This document shows, piece by piece, positions 12,701 to 25,684 of a stretch of DNA of 64,000 nucleotides. The position numbers and the translations under genes are program-made. This DNA comes from Lingula anatina (lineage: Eukaryota; Animalia; Brachiopoda): positions 22,134,001 through 22,198,000 of the forward strand of contig CM120645.1 in NCBI GenBank assembly GCA_051362555.1, in the 5' to 3' direction. The notes under the pieces were generated by a model that was not told the origin of the DNA, made no database searches, and was given only the letters and a program-made list of their open reading frames with translations. Position 1 is the first letter of the stretch. Each line of letters begins with the position of its first letter.

Positions 12701-13667
12701 TATAACTACGGACTACGGCGCAATTGTTTACGTAATGTCCGGGAGCAGTGTCATTTCTCCAACATTACTAGTACCTCGAGGTCAAGCACCCAAGCCACCG
12801 AATCATATTTGTGGTCCATGTTTACATATTAATTTCAATGTGTTGTAGAAATTCTGCTTATGAAGATACTAGGGCAAGAGTCCGTTGAACATACCAATTA
12901 ATTGCACAAACTGCATGGCATAAAATGCTAGTTCGTGTTAGTTCATGTCTGGCATGTCGGGTTGACCGAACGATTCCGTGGTACAGATAACTTGCTTTGT
13001 CTCTGATTCAGATCAGGTGCATGCATACATACAATGTAGATCAGGAAATACTAAAGTAATACTTAATTCTTTTTGCATGTTTTCATATTTTTCAGAACGC
13101 AATTGCCCGGTAGGATTCATGCTGGGTGGTGACAGTAGCTGCTACTTGATAACGGAGAAGACGGTGACTTTTGACGATGGACGTCTCATGTGTGAAAGAG
13201 CTTACAACGGGTCACATCTGGTTGATATTAAGGACAAAAGGACTTTCAAGTTTGTCACAGAATTTCTTCAGGCCTCCGGGTCTTATTGGACAGGTAAGTT
13301 GCAATTATTGATATTATGTGTACTGTAAATGTGATATTTAGATTTTAAAGGTCTGAATACCATCATCTGAAGTTTGGAATGTCATTCATTTAGCCTATAG
13401 ATATATACCTGTAAGTACAAATCTCTAGATATATAGCAAGAGATGTGTTTTCCAGGTTTGAACGACCGATCACAAGAAGGGAAATTCGTCTACAGTGACG
13501 GGAGTCAAATGTCTGCATACAGCGAATGGGGCAACGGTGACTTTAAACCACCGTCCAATGACCGAAAGAAAAACTGCGTCATTATAAACGGGTCAGCAGC
13601 GTATATGTGGTCAGTTGTTGACTGTAACGAGAAGCACCTGGCTCTTTGTGCGCTTAAAAGAGGTTAA
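1..13667 (+). CDS. Gene A (5'-partial): secreted multidomain protein, >=3 TSP1 - 2 CCP/Sushi - Sushi-like - unassigned/SEA-like region - GCC2/GCC3 - EGF - 2 cbEGF - C-type lectin (SVEP1/polydom-like core)
   Basis: GT-AG exons in one continuous frame: <1-94 ([18 protein letters not shown]1 end), 3968-4141, 4355-4528 (TSP1, WxxWxxW), 4805-4978, 5375-5551 (CCP), 8686-8910, 9190-9341, 9500-9669, 9831-9985, 10475-10636 ([32 protein letters not shown]), 10918-11022 (EGF), 11198-11308, 12200-12313 (DIDEC..CxNxxGSYxCxC), 13096-13293, 13456-13667 (CTL, stop TAA). About 798 aa in the window, no TM segment. Exon sizes match genes B and C. Confidence 0.9.
975..2329 (-). mobile_element. Tc1/mariner transposon, truncated and frameshifted (same family as 40788-42379)
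   Basis: ORF fragment [27 protein letters not shown] (Tc1 DD34E region). TIR aatattccatattaagtattaaccctg followed by TA at 2329. Colinear with the 41-42 kb copy. Confidence 0.88.
1794..2015. mobile_element. PIF/Harbinger-type (Tourist-like) MITE inserted in the Tc1 copy
   Basis: ~32-bp TIRs (cccctttacactggacggcgtcctttctgcgt and its reverse complement) and a 3-bp TAA duplication (1791-1793, 2016-2018). The equivalent site in the sister Tc1 copy (about 42030) is empty and has a single TAA. Confidence 0.85.
2430..2570 (-). mobile_element. RTE-like LINE 3' coding fragment
   Basis: The minus strand reads ..[27 protein letters not shown], resembling the RTE C-terminal G-R-P-x-x-x-W..A-x-DR-x-x-W motif. 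Confidence 0.45.
2590..3940 (-). mobile_element. Gypsy LTR retrotransposon relic (5' LTR, PBS, degenerate gag)
   Basis: The primer-binding site TGGGGGCTCCTCCGGGA at 3361-3345 is complementary to the tRNA-Pro 3' end. A gag fragment [41 protein letters not shown] lies at about 2790-2640. The LTR extent (about 3364-3940) is approximate. Confidence 0.75.
3726..3776. repeat. (TA)n microsatellite (others at about 36330-36358, 48337-48389, 48539-48605 and 61835-61879)
   Basis: Directly visible dinucleotide runs. Confidence 0.9.
5675..5933. mobile_element. Non-autonomous DNA transposon (MITE) with 5-bp TSD
   Basis: Termini cggcggcggatcc / aaatccgccactg, flanked by CGTCA on both sides. Same family as 8228-8496 and 61532-61791. 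Confidence 0.75.
6394..7271. mobile_element. Non-autonomous DNA transposon with short TIRs
   Basis: caggggcgtaac ... gttacgcccatg TIRs, TACTA on both flanks, internal repeat aaaaattgtacgcaca near both ends. Confidence 0.65.
7300..7540 (-). mobile_element. LINE reverse-transcriptase fragment
   Basis: [39 protein letters not shown], typical of the end of the non-LTR RT domain (KTK..YLG). Confidence 0.7.
8228..8496. mobile_element. MITE with 5-bp TSD (family of 5675-5933)
   Basis: caggggcggatccaggattatttgaaggg ... ctaaacctgccactg, with CTAGA on both flanks. Confidence 0.75.
9998..10274. mobile_element. Fold-back MITE with ~110-bp inverted repeats in a gene A intron
   Basis: tcaggcctacccaactaccagactcggcaca..ttcggagtatca is mirrored by tgatactccgaa..tgtgccgagtctagtagttgggtaggcctga. 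Confidence 0.85.
11517..12126. mobile_element. MITE with ~90-bp imperfect TIRs
   Basis: taataaaagact..tgccggacgtgtgacgtcatgcgacatcaaacggtat..gctggtcatttt versus aaaatgaccagc..ataccattcgatgtcacatgacgtcatacgtccggca..agtcctctatta. Confidence 0.7.
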
Positions 13668-14331
13668 CTGGAAAGACTTACATCGAGTAAAAATAAATCT
13701 GAAAGACCTACATGTATCACAGTTAACCTGTGAGTGGAACTGCCCATTATATATAAACGCATGCTGTGAAATGGATACAGATGTGAAACAGATGTAAAGA
13801 CTTGATTGTCACTTTACTTTCTATAGATCCTGGGATAATTGGTAAAATTATATGTAACTGAATATGATTGCGCAATGATTTATCAAGTACATCATATTAA
13901 TCCCATATATGATAATTGAACTGTTAGACTATTATAGGAATCTTTTATGCTGAAAGCAGTATCCTCGTGCTTCTGTCATGAAATTGAAAAGGTTGGCAAT
14001 TTATATAGCTCCGAATTGCAGTAATTAAAGGAACACTGGTAGTAGTACATTATTATTATATTTAATGTTCAGATGAATCTGATCAGGCCAATGTGTTTAA
14101 AACTGATTTTGTGATTAATTACATGACTGCATGCCTATACTGCTTATTCATGCTGTATGTAAATCTTCCAAACTTCAGTTTAGTGGCGATAAAAATTGAA
14201 ATTCTAGATTTTGCAAGGGGGGGGGGGGGTATTGTTCTCAGTCGACCTGAAGAACATTCCTCTCTGTATATTATTAATGATTCAGAAAAAAGAGATGATC
14301 GACATACGATAAATGTACGAGGGCATTTTTC

Positions 14332-16950
14332 AATAAGGTCGCGCGACAAGGTTATTTTCAGTTGCACCCTGGATTACGCACGCTTGCTCCGCAAGGTGTC
14401 GCCTGTGGTAGGGGGGCAGCACATCCCATATGGTTGCTGTGGCAAAGGTGACAGTTACTTCCAAACATTTTTTCATAACTGTCATTTTTCCTCATTCTAA
14501 TCATGAATTTGATATTTACGGCAATTGAAAATGTGGCACCGGCAAAAGTGAATCTAGGTGCGTTGACAGGCCGCACAGGTGTCCCCAATTAACCGCCGCC
14601 AGAGAAGAGACCCCAAGCATTAAACAACACAACCTGTAGATATCGGAAATTTGGCGAAAGTTAAGCAACTGAGGCTTTATTAGATTAGGACAGAAATCGA
14701 GGGGAATGTCCAGTGACATGCCAAACCCCTAAGTTCAAGTTTTGGCCCTTGACACCAGTTACGCACCCCTTAGTCAAGAATCTGAACAAATCAATGTTGG
14801 GCAGGTATGCTCTATTTTCTACAGGCGTTTTGTGATTTTATCAACTTGATTGTCAAGTGCCAGACCTTTTGTTCCCAGGTACTAGTAGCAAACTTTATCA
14901 GATAACAATCTGACACTAGCCAAGCTGCACTAAAAGCGCTGTAAACCCAGTTATCATTGCTGTCATCTTTACCTTTATCTTTACCGGTATTATGCCAGTG
15001 GTACGTTTGATACATTTGAGTAACGTAATATGCTTTAATGCTTATGTTCATTTGTAAAACGTTAGCATCAACCTGTTAATAAAAACTTGGAAACTTTCAA
15101 TGTTATTACACAATAACAGTACAATGATGGGAGATGTTATGATTAAATGCTTAAAAGAATAATAAAAACAAATTATGTGAAATATAAAATGAATTGATTT
15201 TATTTGGGTTATTTATTTATTTATTTCAAACCAATTAATTATCAAATATGAAGCTTATTTTTAGAAACATTCGCAGATATATGAAATATAACCCTGCTGG
15301 TACACAGATCTACAGTTCTAAAATGCAAATACCAAGTACCTTTCACACACCACTGTTGAGATGTGAATAATCATATGTATAAAGTAGTAAAAATATCACA
15401 AAATGAGTGTAAGCAAGATATTTCTGCAAGTAACCTCATTAATCAGTCAGGAAACTTCATAATGCATCCAATAAATGTAGAAATTTGAGCCAGAGAAATT
15501 CTACATACAGGCATGACAGATTTACCATATATTGCCACCAACCCTTAACTGAATGGGCATAGAAAGAACAAAGTGAGTCTCCCTCCCATTAAAAATGAAA
15601 AATAAAAATAAACAAATGAAAAAAAACAGATACTGTCATTCTTAATACTGAAAAACAATGGCACCTTGCAGCCTTCACTGACTCACTATTTGCAGACAAT
15701 GTTCTCGTCACTGTAACTGTGTACTTTAGATAAGGCATAGATGCAAGAATAACTTCTTTGAAGTATATTGTGAAGGTCTCTTTTGTCATAAATCTGCCAT
15801 GTATAACCTGAATGTACATATTGCGATTCACACTGCAGCAGCTTGTCTTAGTAAGGACTCAACCAGTTTGAAAACTTGTGGCATAGCTTCAGGGACAAGA
15901 TCACACCATCTATCCTTGCTGTGATGATGGATCTACTAGTACATTATCTATGTCTTGTCCTCCTAGTTTCTCTAATACCATTTCCCCTGATCTATGCTCA
16001 CATCAATCTCTACAGCTTTACCAACTGCTACACAGTTTTTAAATCTGAAAGTATAAAGCAAAAATTGTAATAAAGCTCTATCAATTTACTTGTTAGATAT
16101 TGATTTGAGGGCAAGAGAAAAATGCAGAAATCTCATATCATAATCAAGATAATTGAAAATTAAATATGCATAATCAAATTAATAGCTTTAATTGTACATA
16201 CTACTGAAAATTTAATCTTTGAAAGTTCTGCATAAATTTCTCTTGTTAAAATATAGCCACTTTACAAAATGTGCTTGAAAAAAAATAATAATGATAATAC
16301 TAATAATCAACCTGCACACAAGATGGAACATGGAGGTCAATTGCCACAAAATAAGTTGATTTGTACTTGGTAGCCTGAGAAATAGTATAAGGTATTAATT
16401 TGAGCAGTAAATTGAGTAATAATACCACAGAGTTAAGAATGACACAAGCATTTGGTGTTGTGTAACAAAATCCATGCATTACTTGCTGTGGCAGTGTCCT
16501 CCTCAACATATCGTGAACCGCAGGTTTTGATTTTCAATGTCATCAAATATTTTTTATTGTTGTTAGTTTGATTTATGTATCTGCTATTCAAATAATACCG
16601 TTTGGAAAATAACTAACTGATTTAATCATGCTTTTGCAACATGAAATTATCATTAACTTTGCCGGTACACGTGTATACAGTACCTTGCTATCAGTGCTGC
16701 TCTTTTCTCCCCAACTCGCCACTGACAGGCTAACCACATCGTTTCAAAACAACGTTGGTATGCTCCTTTAATTTTTGTGTTGGCAGTTTCGCCCCGGGGA
16801 CATCGTTTTTTGTTGAAAACAACGTATCGTTTTCACCCATCTATGCATTGCTCCTGTACAAAATGGCCGCTTGCTGCCCCCCCAAGGGAAAAATCGTAGC
16901 ACGTGGGTAGTTACGCAAGACCTGTGACGTATAACGCGCGCGACCTTATT
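14332..16950. mobile_element. Probable 2.6-kb non-autonomous DNA element between genes A and B
   Basis: 14-bp perfect TIR aataaggtcgcgcg / cgcgcgaccttatt. No convincing ORF inside and no clear TSD. Confidence 0.5.
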
Positions 16951-19043
16951 CTAATTTAATTCAGGGGGATTTTGTTATAAGACCTCTTGGGCTTGAAAAT
17001 CCACCAAATATATCAGCCGTACACATAGATACAAATGTGTTCAATAGGAAATAATTAGGGTTTCATTTCCAATAAAAACCCATGCCTGAAACGTACCTGT
17101 GACATAATTTGACAAGAATTTACATTAGGACTAGAATTATTGTAGGTGGTAAAGTAACTCGGTGGTTTTAATTTGATAAGTATGTCTTTTTTTCTTTCTT
17201 AAATAATAAATTACGATAATTTGATTACCGGTTGGTTCAACGATGTTATTCCAATTTAATTGGTTAAATAAAATTGATTCCAGAATAACGAATGTATTTT
17301 TAAGTGACAACCAGAAACGCACATTAATTTTTTAAAGTGTCATTCATTTAACAAAAAGGCGTTGGGCAGAGCACTTAACAATTCTTTAACAGCATGTATC
17401 TAGTCTTGTGTATAGGTCAAATTGTGGAATAACGGTTCCGGCCGATGCAATATTTACAACGCGTGCGTCAAATGTACAGATACACTTACACCCTTACACT
17501 GGATAAGGACTCATTTCCAGGTCTCTTCATTATCATTTAAAAACAATCTTTATCATGTTTATGTCCTTGACTAGTAAACTCACCCTGACATTATGAGGTA
17601 ATGGGGCCGTTTATTTAGACCATGCACTAACCTGCTTTAGTTACACAGTTCTTTATCAGTTCACAATATTAGTAGGTAGATCGAGGCACTTCATATCACG
17701 TGCGATATACACGTGTGCGACACGTGAAGGTGTACATTGCACATATGTACACGGTGCATGCAGGTTACCATAATCATTATCTTCCTCATCATTTTAATCA
17801 TATTTAATATTATTATTATTACAGACGATTAAAGGTTAAAATGGGAACTCTTAGTTCGTGTACCGGTGTGGCCCCTAGTGCCAAACTGTTATCAAGGGTT
17901 TCTAAATAAAAAAAGAAATGTGTCTGGCAGAAATATACAATAAGTGACACCTAGCATACAACCTCTTTGCCTTACTCCCAATGCATCAAATCCGATGTCC
18001 GCGTGTTTATGAAGTATCAAACTTTCAAACGTCCGGTGATGCAGTATTTCTACCTCAAAACACGTTGAGAATTATAGATTCAGTGCCTACATACGATTTC
18101 CGACACCAACAAAAATCAAGGGTAGGCCGGGTTACCAATAAGGCCAAGAGACACACTTTCATTAAGTAATTCAAGGCCAAATTTATTGTTTCAAAATCTA
18201 TATATCGTATCAATATATATACTGTATCAATACACACTGTATGAATACATCACTTTCTTCCTCTAGAGATATAAAATAGCGAATTCAAAAAACACAAACC
18301 TTAAAAATGTATTTAAGTAAAAAATGTGTGCTCGGACGTGTTTAGTGAGACACGAAAGACCAATCTATAGACACATGTGCACCGTGGATATAAGAGCAGC
18401 CTTATCAAGATATCCAATGAGCTATTGATGTCATATCATTTAACCTTCACACCGACATGATCTCTGATAGCCTTTGAGCCTTAATCTTAAATGTACAATT
18501 GGGTCTATTTGGCAATAACAAACCAACAACGCAACGACTACATACTGTTAAAATTGCAGAAGAAGGAAAAATATGCCGTTATTTAAATTGCCATTACACA
18601 TTTATGTACATATATACTTTTTTTATATTATATATAAACCAAAACATTTGGAATAAGCTAAAAGTCGTCACTTCATTATCGGAAAACTGCATGCTGTTTA
18701 CTAAAGTCATCTTAACCATTTGAGTATCACCCTATAAATACCAATACCAATATTATTGTTACACCTTTTCTAAATGGGGAAGAAGTATAAACAGTCAAAA
18801 TTGCATCGTTCATCGTCGCGAATGCAAAAAGTACCACTGTGTGATTATTGGTGAATACTTATATGTCAATATAATTAAAAATGTTTTAATATTTAAATCA
18901 AATTTGAAATACACTTCCAAACATATCACGTGCTGTTTTTTCCAGTCAATCACTGGATATCACTGGACATGTTCTACAAATAATCTTATATCATCAAATA
19001 AATGTCCATGTTAACATTTATCGTCCACATTCAGAGGATATAT

Positions 19044-22000
19044 TTAAACTCTTTGGAGCTCGCAGATAATATAACGCTTGCTGCTGCAGTCAACAACTCT
19101 CCATGTAAAAGCCCTCGGCCCAGCCATAATGACACAGTTCATGTTAGGGTCATTGGACGCTGGTAAGGTGTTCCCGGTTCCCCATTCATTGTAGGTACCC
19201 ATATTGCTTCCATCACTGTACACAAAGTCACCTTCTGTTGAGAGATCGTTCAAACCTGAATAAAAGGTCGGAAATAATAAGGTGTAATGTAATAAGGTGT
19301 TTCCAAGGAAAAAACTATATATAGTTGCTGCATATTTTTTGCTTTTAGCATGCATTATGTTAACTGAAGAACCATGTACACTTTGATAGTTAGGCTAATT
19401 TCACAAACAATTAAAAGTATACATAACGGGATCTTCTTTTAATGGTTACACAAGTATCCCAGCACGTACCTATCCAATACGATCTATCCTTTAGAAGAAA
19501 ACCAGTAAGTGATTTAAATGCGAGTTTGTCTTTGATGTCAACGAGGTGGGCATTGGGATAGATGGCAGAACATGCGTGAGTGGCCTCGGAGAAATTCCCC
19601 TGTCCTTCCGAAATATGTTGACAGGTATTACCAATTAAAATGAACTTATCAGGACAGTCCTCATCTGGAATAAAATTTTAATTTACTTCAATTAAAATAA
19701 CTCCCTTAGCACATACCAGTAAACGTCAACATGAGTGAAATCATTGGAATCGTTTTTCGACACACGCAGTAAATTCTGCTGAATGTTTAATCATATTAAC
19801 TTAGTGTAGATCTGAAGCTTGCTTTATATTTGAATAAGTCGTAATTAAGCTTTTTATACTAAAGTAACTATCAATATGGAAAAAATAAAAATAAAAAAAT
19901 GATATTGGTTGAAGATAGAACCAGCTATTACAACGTTACACAAATGAGTGCGTCATTTAACGTGAACCATGCAGTCACACTTCGGTGGAAAACCCAGATT
20001 CGTATTTTTATACAACTTACCACAGTTGTCTCCGAAAAGTCCACCTTTACATGTGCAGTTATAACTCCCCACAGTGTTGTTACACTGCATCCCAGCACTG
20101 GGACATGCGTCAGGACGCTTGCACTCATCAATATCTAAACAAAACATACAGTGGTAAAATGAATAATACAAGACATTAATATACAATGTATAAGCCTACT
20201 GGGGATTGTTCCATATCTAGAACCATGGGCAATTGCACGATGTATCTTAGCCGGACGTGTGTCATATAAATGCATAACCTTCCCCTTGCATGCTCTTTTC
20301 TTTATTTAGACAGTTACGGCTGATACATTCTACCTAACAAAAGTATGTTATTCTCACTTTCTAGTGTAAGAATGCTATACCAGCTAATAGCTCTTTGTAA
20401 ACCGCCATTGTTAATCGATTTCTGTTCCAAGTAATACGTAATGCCAACATATAAGTACCAAAGCAAGTGCCTCCTTGAAAACCAGGTAAGCATTCGCATC
20501 TGTAGGAGCCTTCTTTGTTTACGCAACGAGCATTATCCGGACAGACGTCTTCAAGGCATTCATTGACATCTGGAACAAAATATGAAGCAATGTACGGTGT
20601 GGTCAGAAACAATAATGTCAACGTTTGAAAATGAATAAATTAACACACATTGAACTAAAACTGGAGATTATTACATATGAAAAAAATTAAAAATACTATG
20701 CATAATATGTTACATATAATGTTATTGATAACTATGCATATATTGAACAATACCACTGAAAGAAAACCACACCTTAATCAATTGACGGCCTTGTCGTCAT
20801 AATCTTTGCAAGGCATTTACCTGTACATGTTCCATTCATGTTTGCTTCATAACCTGGCAGACAGTCGCAGATGAAGTCTGTACCGTTTAGTATACATGGA
20901 TTTATTCCACAACTACAACCTTCATAAGCTACAAACAGTATGAACAGCCGTCTCCATTTAATATTACTTGAGAGGTATGCTTTTTATTAATGCCGTACAA
21001 TTAAAAGTTAATGTTTTAATAGAATAATTACCTTCTTTTATTAATCGATATCTAGACCCTTGACGATGCCATTCATTTTCATGACATTATAATCGCATTA
21101 TTCTAAAAAGTTATATCACAAAGTGGGATAATCCACATAATAACAGTCACATATATTGTACAGACCACTCGTTAAAATAACTTCCGGGCAGGTCACTGAA
21201 AACAGCACTAAGGAAGATCAGCTTAAACTAAAAGGGGAAAAAATTCAATTCAATGATGCTTTAATAACGTATAATTTCATCTTATAACGCTTTGGAAGGA
21301 AAGCCGCCGTATGCATGAATTCAATGAAAATGTACATTTTATGGGTCGACAACAGACATACGTACAACAATTCAACATTTTCCTGATGGAGCCCGGGGAA
21401 CACTCAAATGATGGTTGGGAAACCCTTATGTTATCACCCTTTACTGGGACGGTAACGCCATTTATTTGTAAGGACATGGTTTGGGACTCTATGGCCGATT
21501 TGATGGCTGCCGCCTGAGTTCTACAAAAAAATAATAAAACACAATTACGTATAAATACTGAACGCCTGCAGCTTTATTTTACATTTGTTAGGTTAACGCA
21601 GGTCATTGAAAATAGATCTCTTTCAGATTTTGTATTTTACCCCAGTTTTGCTTTGTACATAAAACATAGGGCAATTGATAGGGGGTGCAACATATGTATT
21701 TAAACCGGAAATACTTGATTTAAGCAATTGTCTTACCTAAGATGTTTCAGGTTTTTGGACAGAGCAAGAGTTGATGACTGCTGCGTGGTTAAGGGTCCCC
21801 TAGGGACGGCCGCATAAAGGTTAATAATCATTCTGAATAGCTTTGCTTGGGATATTGCCCGTCGTAGATAGCTTCCGTGTACCCTTTTTACTTGTATATC
21901 TTTTATCTGAAAGTGGACACAGTCCTTATTCACTTTTAACACAAGATAAATTATGATAATAGGTAAGATATCAAACCATTATTGTAACAACCAGAACTCT

Positions 22001-23112
22001 GAGAAGAATTGAAATACGCTGAAAATCAATGAACGGGTATTATACTATCTTTTATGAGCGCATTCTACTTTAACTACACTATTTATATTTTGATTGTGAA
22101 TAAGCCCCACAGATTACCTCGCATGGATCGGTGCAGACATTCATCTTTTTAAATTCTCTTTTCATTTCCGATATGATTTCCTGCTTCAATTTTTCATCAG
22201 ACTTAAATGACGCCATGGTGATCTTCGGTCCGATAATACCCATCACAATATTTACCAGTGTGTCCCCAGTAGCTGAAAAGGGTTACATGCGACATTGAGT
22301 TATTTGACTTATTTTGGTCAACTTCATGTGTTTTACTTTTCAACTGAGCAATTTGTCAAAGATACTACAGAGGGCTAAACTGTTTAAATAAAAGAAAATC
22401 GCAGTTACTTTCATTCAACAATATGTCCAAGCTGTAAAAATGATTCTTCACTTAACGAGGTGCACCTCAGCATAACTGCAGTGCCACCCGAGGACAGGTA
22501 TGTGTGCAACAAAAACCAACAAAAACCAAAAATTACTCTACAGATCATTTTCTTAGGCATAAAGGGTGACCTTATTCTGACATTTACCTTCACAACGCCC
22601 TACGTCAGCGCGCATGTACTTTCCGCTTTTATCACTGACCTTCCACCCCCATCTAGTTGGAGCACCACATTCAAACACGGTGCGGTCTGACATGTAAGTA
22701 TATCCCTTATCACAGCGAATGTAACAAACTTTATCGAGTTCACTTCCTGAGCAAGAGGCGAAACCATTCTCGGGAACTGGGACATCACTGATGTTACAGT
22801 GGCCATCAGCTGAAACCAATGGCATCCATAATTTGTAGCATATCTTGGCTACTCAATTTGTCGAAAATTTTAATTTTCTCATATTGTAGGCTCTGGAAGT
22901 CCTATACTCGAAACTTGATACTAAGGTATGTGTGCTAACCACTCCCTTATTATTATTATTAGTTACTGAAAATTGAAACATATAAAAACTGCAGTTTATT
23001 TTGAAGAACTTTATTGTTAATAAGTGTAATTTTTTTATATATTTTAAAATGTAATTCTTTAGAAATTAAAAAAAATTGTTACCTAACACCAAAGTGTTAT
23101 CTGCGTGGCCTC

Positions 23113-23165
<53 letters not shown>

Positions 23166-25604
23166 CGAAGCGCAGACATTTGGCTCAGCTTGCGGTCTGC
23201 AATATAGTATTAACATTGAAAGAAACATGTACGTTAATTCAACAGGTGTGGAGAGCAGCTAACCTAATCTGGTTAAAGAAAATTTCTTATCTTACGTTCA
23301 CATTTAGGCAGGGGTGTGTACTTCCATTCATAGTGTGACGAGCAGACGACAGGCGTGGTGTTTGAGGACTTGTAACCTCTGTCACACAGATAGTTGACAT
23401 GATCACCATAGCACAAGGTGGCAGACGTATCGGGATAGCCGTTTAGGATGAAACGTGCCTTTCCACAGCATTCTGGAAACATTTAAAAACATGTGTTACA
23501 TCAATTCCGACGTACATCCTATTCCAAGAATTAATACTTCTATCTGCTTAAATAAAACATTAGTCATTCTTTGTCACTTGCGAGGTATGCAAAGTACGAT
23601 CATAAACATGACATGAATACGATATATAAAAAGCAACACTTTGTTTATATTATTTTAAAACTTTAACGTCTGCCTGTAAATGGCACCATAACATCTAACA
23701 CTAGATTATTGCGCAATTATCTTATTTTTGCTTTCACTTACTTCTGCACTGCGGCTCCTCGTCTGTTAAAGTACCGTCTGCCTGGCATGTTCTTATCAGA
23801 CTTCCACTGACTAGTATGTGCTCAGGAAGACAGTAATAACGCACGTATTCATCTTCATTTATTCTTGCAGCAGATACCGAGGTCATGGCTCCGGGGACAT
23901 TGTGTATCTGACAGGCTGTATAAGCAAATTCAACAAAAGTTAAGTTAAAACAGGTTTGCCTGATAAATCCAACACATTGCCTTGCACTGAAGACAAATTC
24001 CCATTTCCCGACGATCAAAATCCTGCTAAAATATGCTTTATAGAACAAATTGATAAAACAACAGAACACTATAAAGGGGCACTGACGGCGCTCTTGTGGC
24101 AAACTTATTGGTAACCTAAACGTTTTACTTCATTTTGACACAAATAATTCAAATCATTAGTAGCTGTGCAAAAAGTAATATTAATTAAGCTATATGTAGT
24201 ATAGGTAGTATAACTATAATACGATTTATAATCAAACATAAAATCAATAACATTTGTCTCGCAGTGGTGTGAAGAACACTCTGTTGTTTGACGGGTTTAG
24301 CCTTAGAAACATAAACTCTGAGAGTGGTATGAAAAACGGCGTTAATCATTTCACTTTATAGCATTATGATTACATTTCTTGAATAATCAATTAATACGTT
24401 ATTAAAAGTAATTTTTTCATGCACAACGGAACCCCAATTACCTACAGTCAACATGACCCTAATACTGCAGGCAAGGTAACACATACCAGTAAGTGCATGA
24501 CCTACTTACTTGGACATTGAACACGGAAGCAAACTTCTGTTTCACGTGCAGATCCAAAGCAGGGTTTACCGAGGCCTAAAGGTTTCGGTTTATTACACTC
24601 TCGAGTCCTGTACCTCAGCCCCTGTGTACCACATGTCTGCGAACACCTACTCCAGCTTCCCCAGTCTCCCCAGGCCCCGTTCACTGAAAGTTGTCATACA
24701 TTTACAAGATGTCATATTTTAAAAGGCACAGTTGGATAATAATCGGATGTAAAATAGTGTGCGTGTGTGTGTGTGTCTATGTGTGCTAGCGTGCGTGCGC
24801 CTGTGTGTGTGTGCTATTACGCAAATGGAAACAATAAACATGAATTAGGAAAAGTTCTTATTTGCCCGACCAAAACTTGAAATTATTATTTCTATTGACC
24901 CTTTAAACCCTTTGTTTGCTTAAGAGGGCATTCATTTAAAGGTGTCCCATGAATTCATCTTGGCGTGTGTATAAAATATATATGTTATCGAGTTAAACTA
25001 TTTTCTTACCTGTGTCCTGCTGACATATATACCTATGTGTACCGTCACAACCAAAATCATGGAGACCAGATGGAAAGTCAAGAGCCACGCAGTATTCCCC
25101 ACTGCTCGGATCTGGTTGAGTGTTAGCCCACAACGTCTTATCAACTGATATGTTCTGCGAAAACCATATCCATTTATCGTTCAATTCTGGATCTCTGCCA
25201 TCAACCCAAAATAGACTTTTTCCTTAATCAATCAAGAAAAAATGAATAAATAAATGACTCCAAAAAAATTCTACCAAGGGTACTGAACATTGTTTAAGAC
25301 GTTTGTTTTAATACGTCTAATAAGACGTTTTAATATAGACGAGATACGTGCACATACCTATTTGTTTTCTAATAAATTCAAGAACAGAGTCTCTTTTCCA
25401 TACTGTATTTAGAACTGCCAGGTGGGCATCCTCAGTGGTGCATCGATTCTTTGCCTTCTCCCAGGACAATTTGTCAGTAGAAAACCGTAAACATGTTGAA
25501 GCAACCTCTTGGTACGGGGTGTTACAATGCAATCCACCCAAACTCAAATGCAAGAAACATACAATTGCTAACAACAGCAATGCAGATATTTTTTCAGTTG
25601 GCAT
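19044..25604 (-). CDS. Gene B (complete, ~808 aa): signal peptide - CTL(QPD) - TSP1 - 2 CCP - Sushi-like - unassigned region - EGF - 2 cbEGF - CTL; paralog of A and C lacking the GCC domain
   Basis: 14 exons on the minus strand: 25604-25358 (MPTEKISALLLLAIVCFLHLSLG signal peptide plus first half of CTL), 25222-25010, 24683-24510, 23915-23742, 23472-23296, 22809-22588, 22272-22118, 21906-21737, 21520-21366, 20928-20821, 20569-20459, 20134-20021, 19664-19470, 19255-19044. Total 2427 nt, in frame, all GT-AG. Confidence 0.9.
21181..21197 (-). pseudogene. Vestigial start of the GCC2/GCC3 exon in gene B
   Basis: ctgttttcag|TG ACC TGC CCG GAA G encodes TCPE, matching the start of the gene C GCC exon (TCPEGTYHD). 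Similarity then ends and the frame reaches TGA. Confidence 0.6.
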
Positions 25605-25684
25605 TGTAGATAGTGAACAGTCCCTGGGGGTTATTATACGTATGTGATCCTTTCAATAATGGCACTATAGCACAGTTTCAGAGA

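Noticed and set aside
23014-23338. Poly-Phe ORFs
   Set aside because: Translation of an intronic poly-T run of about 50 nt.
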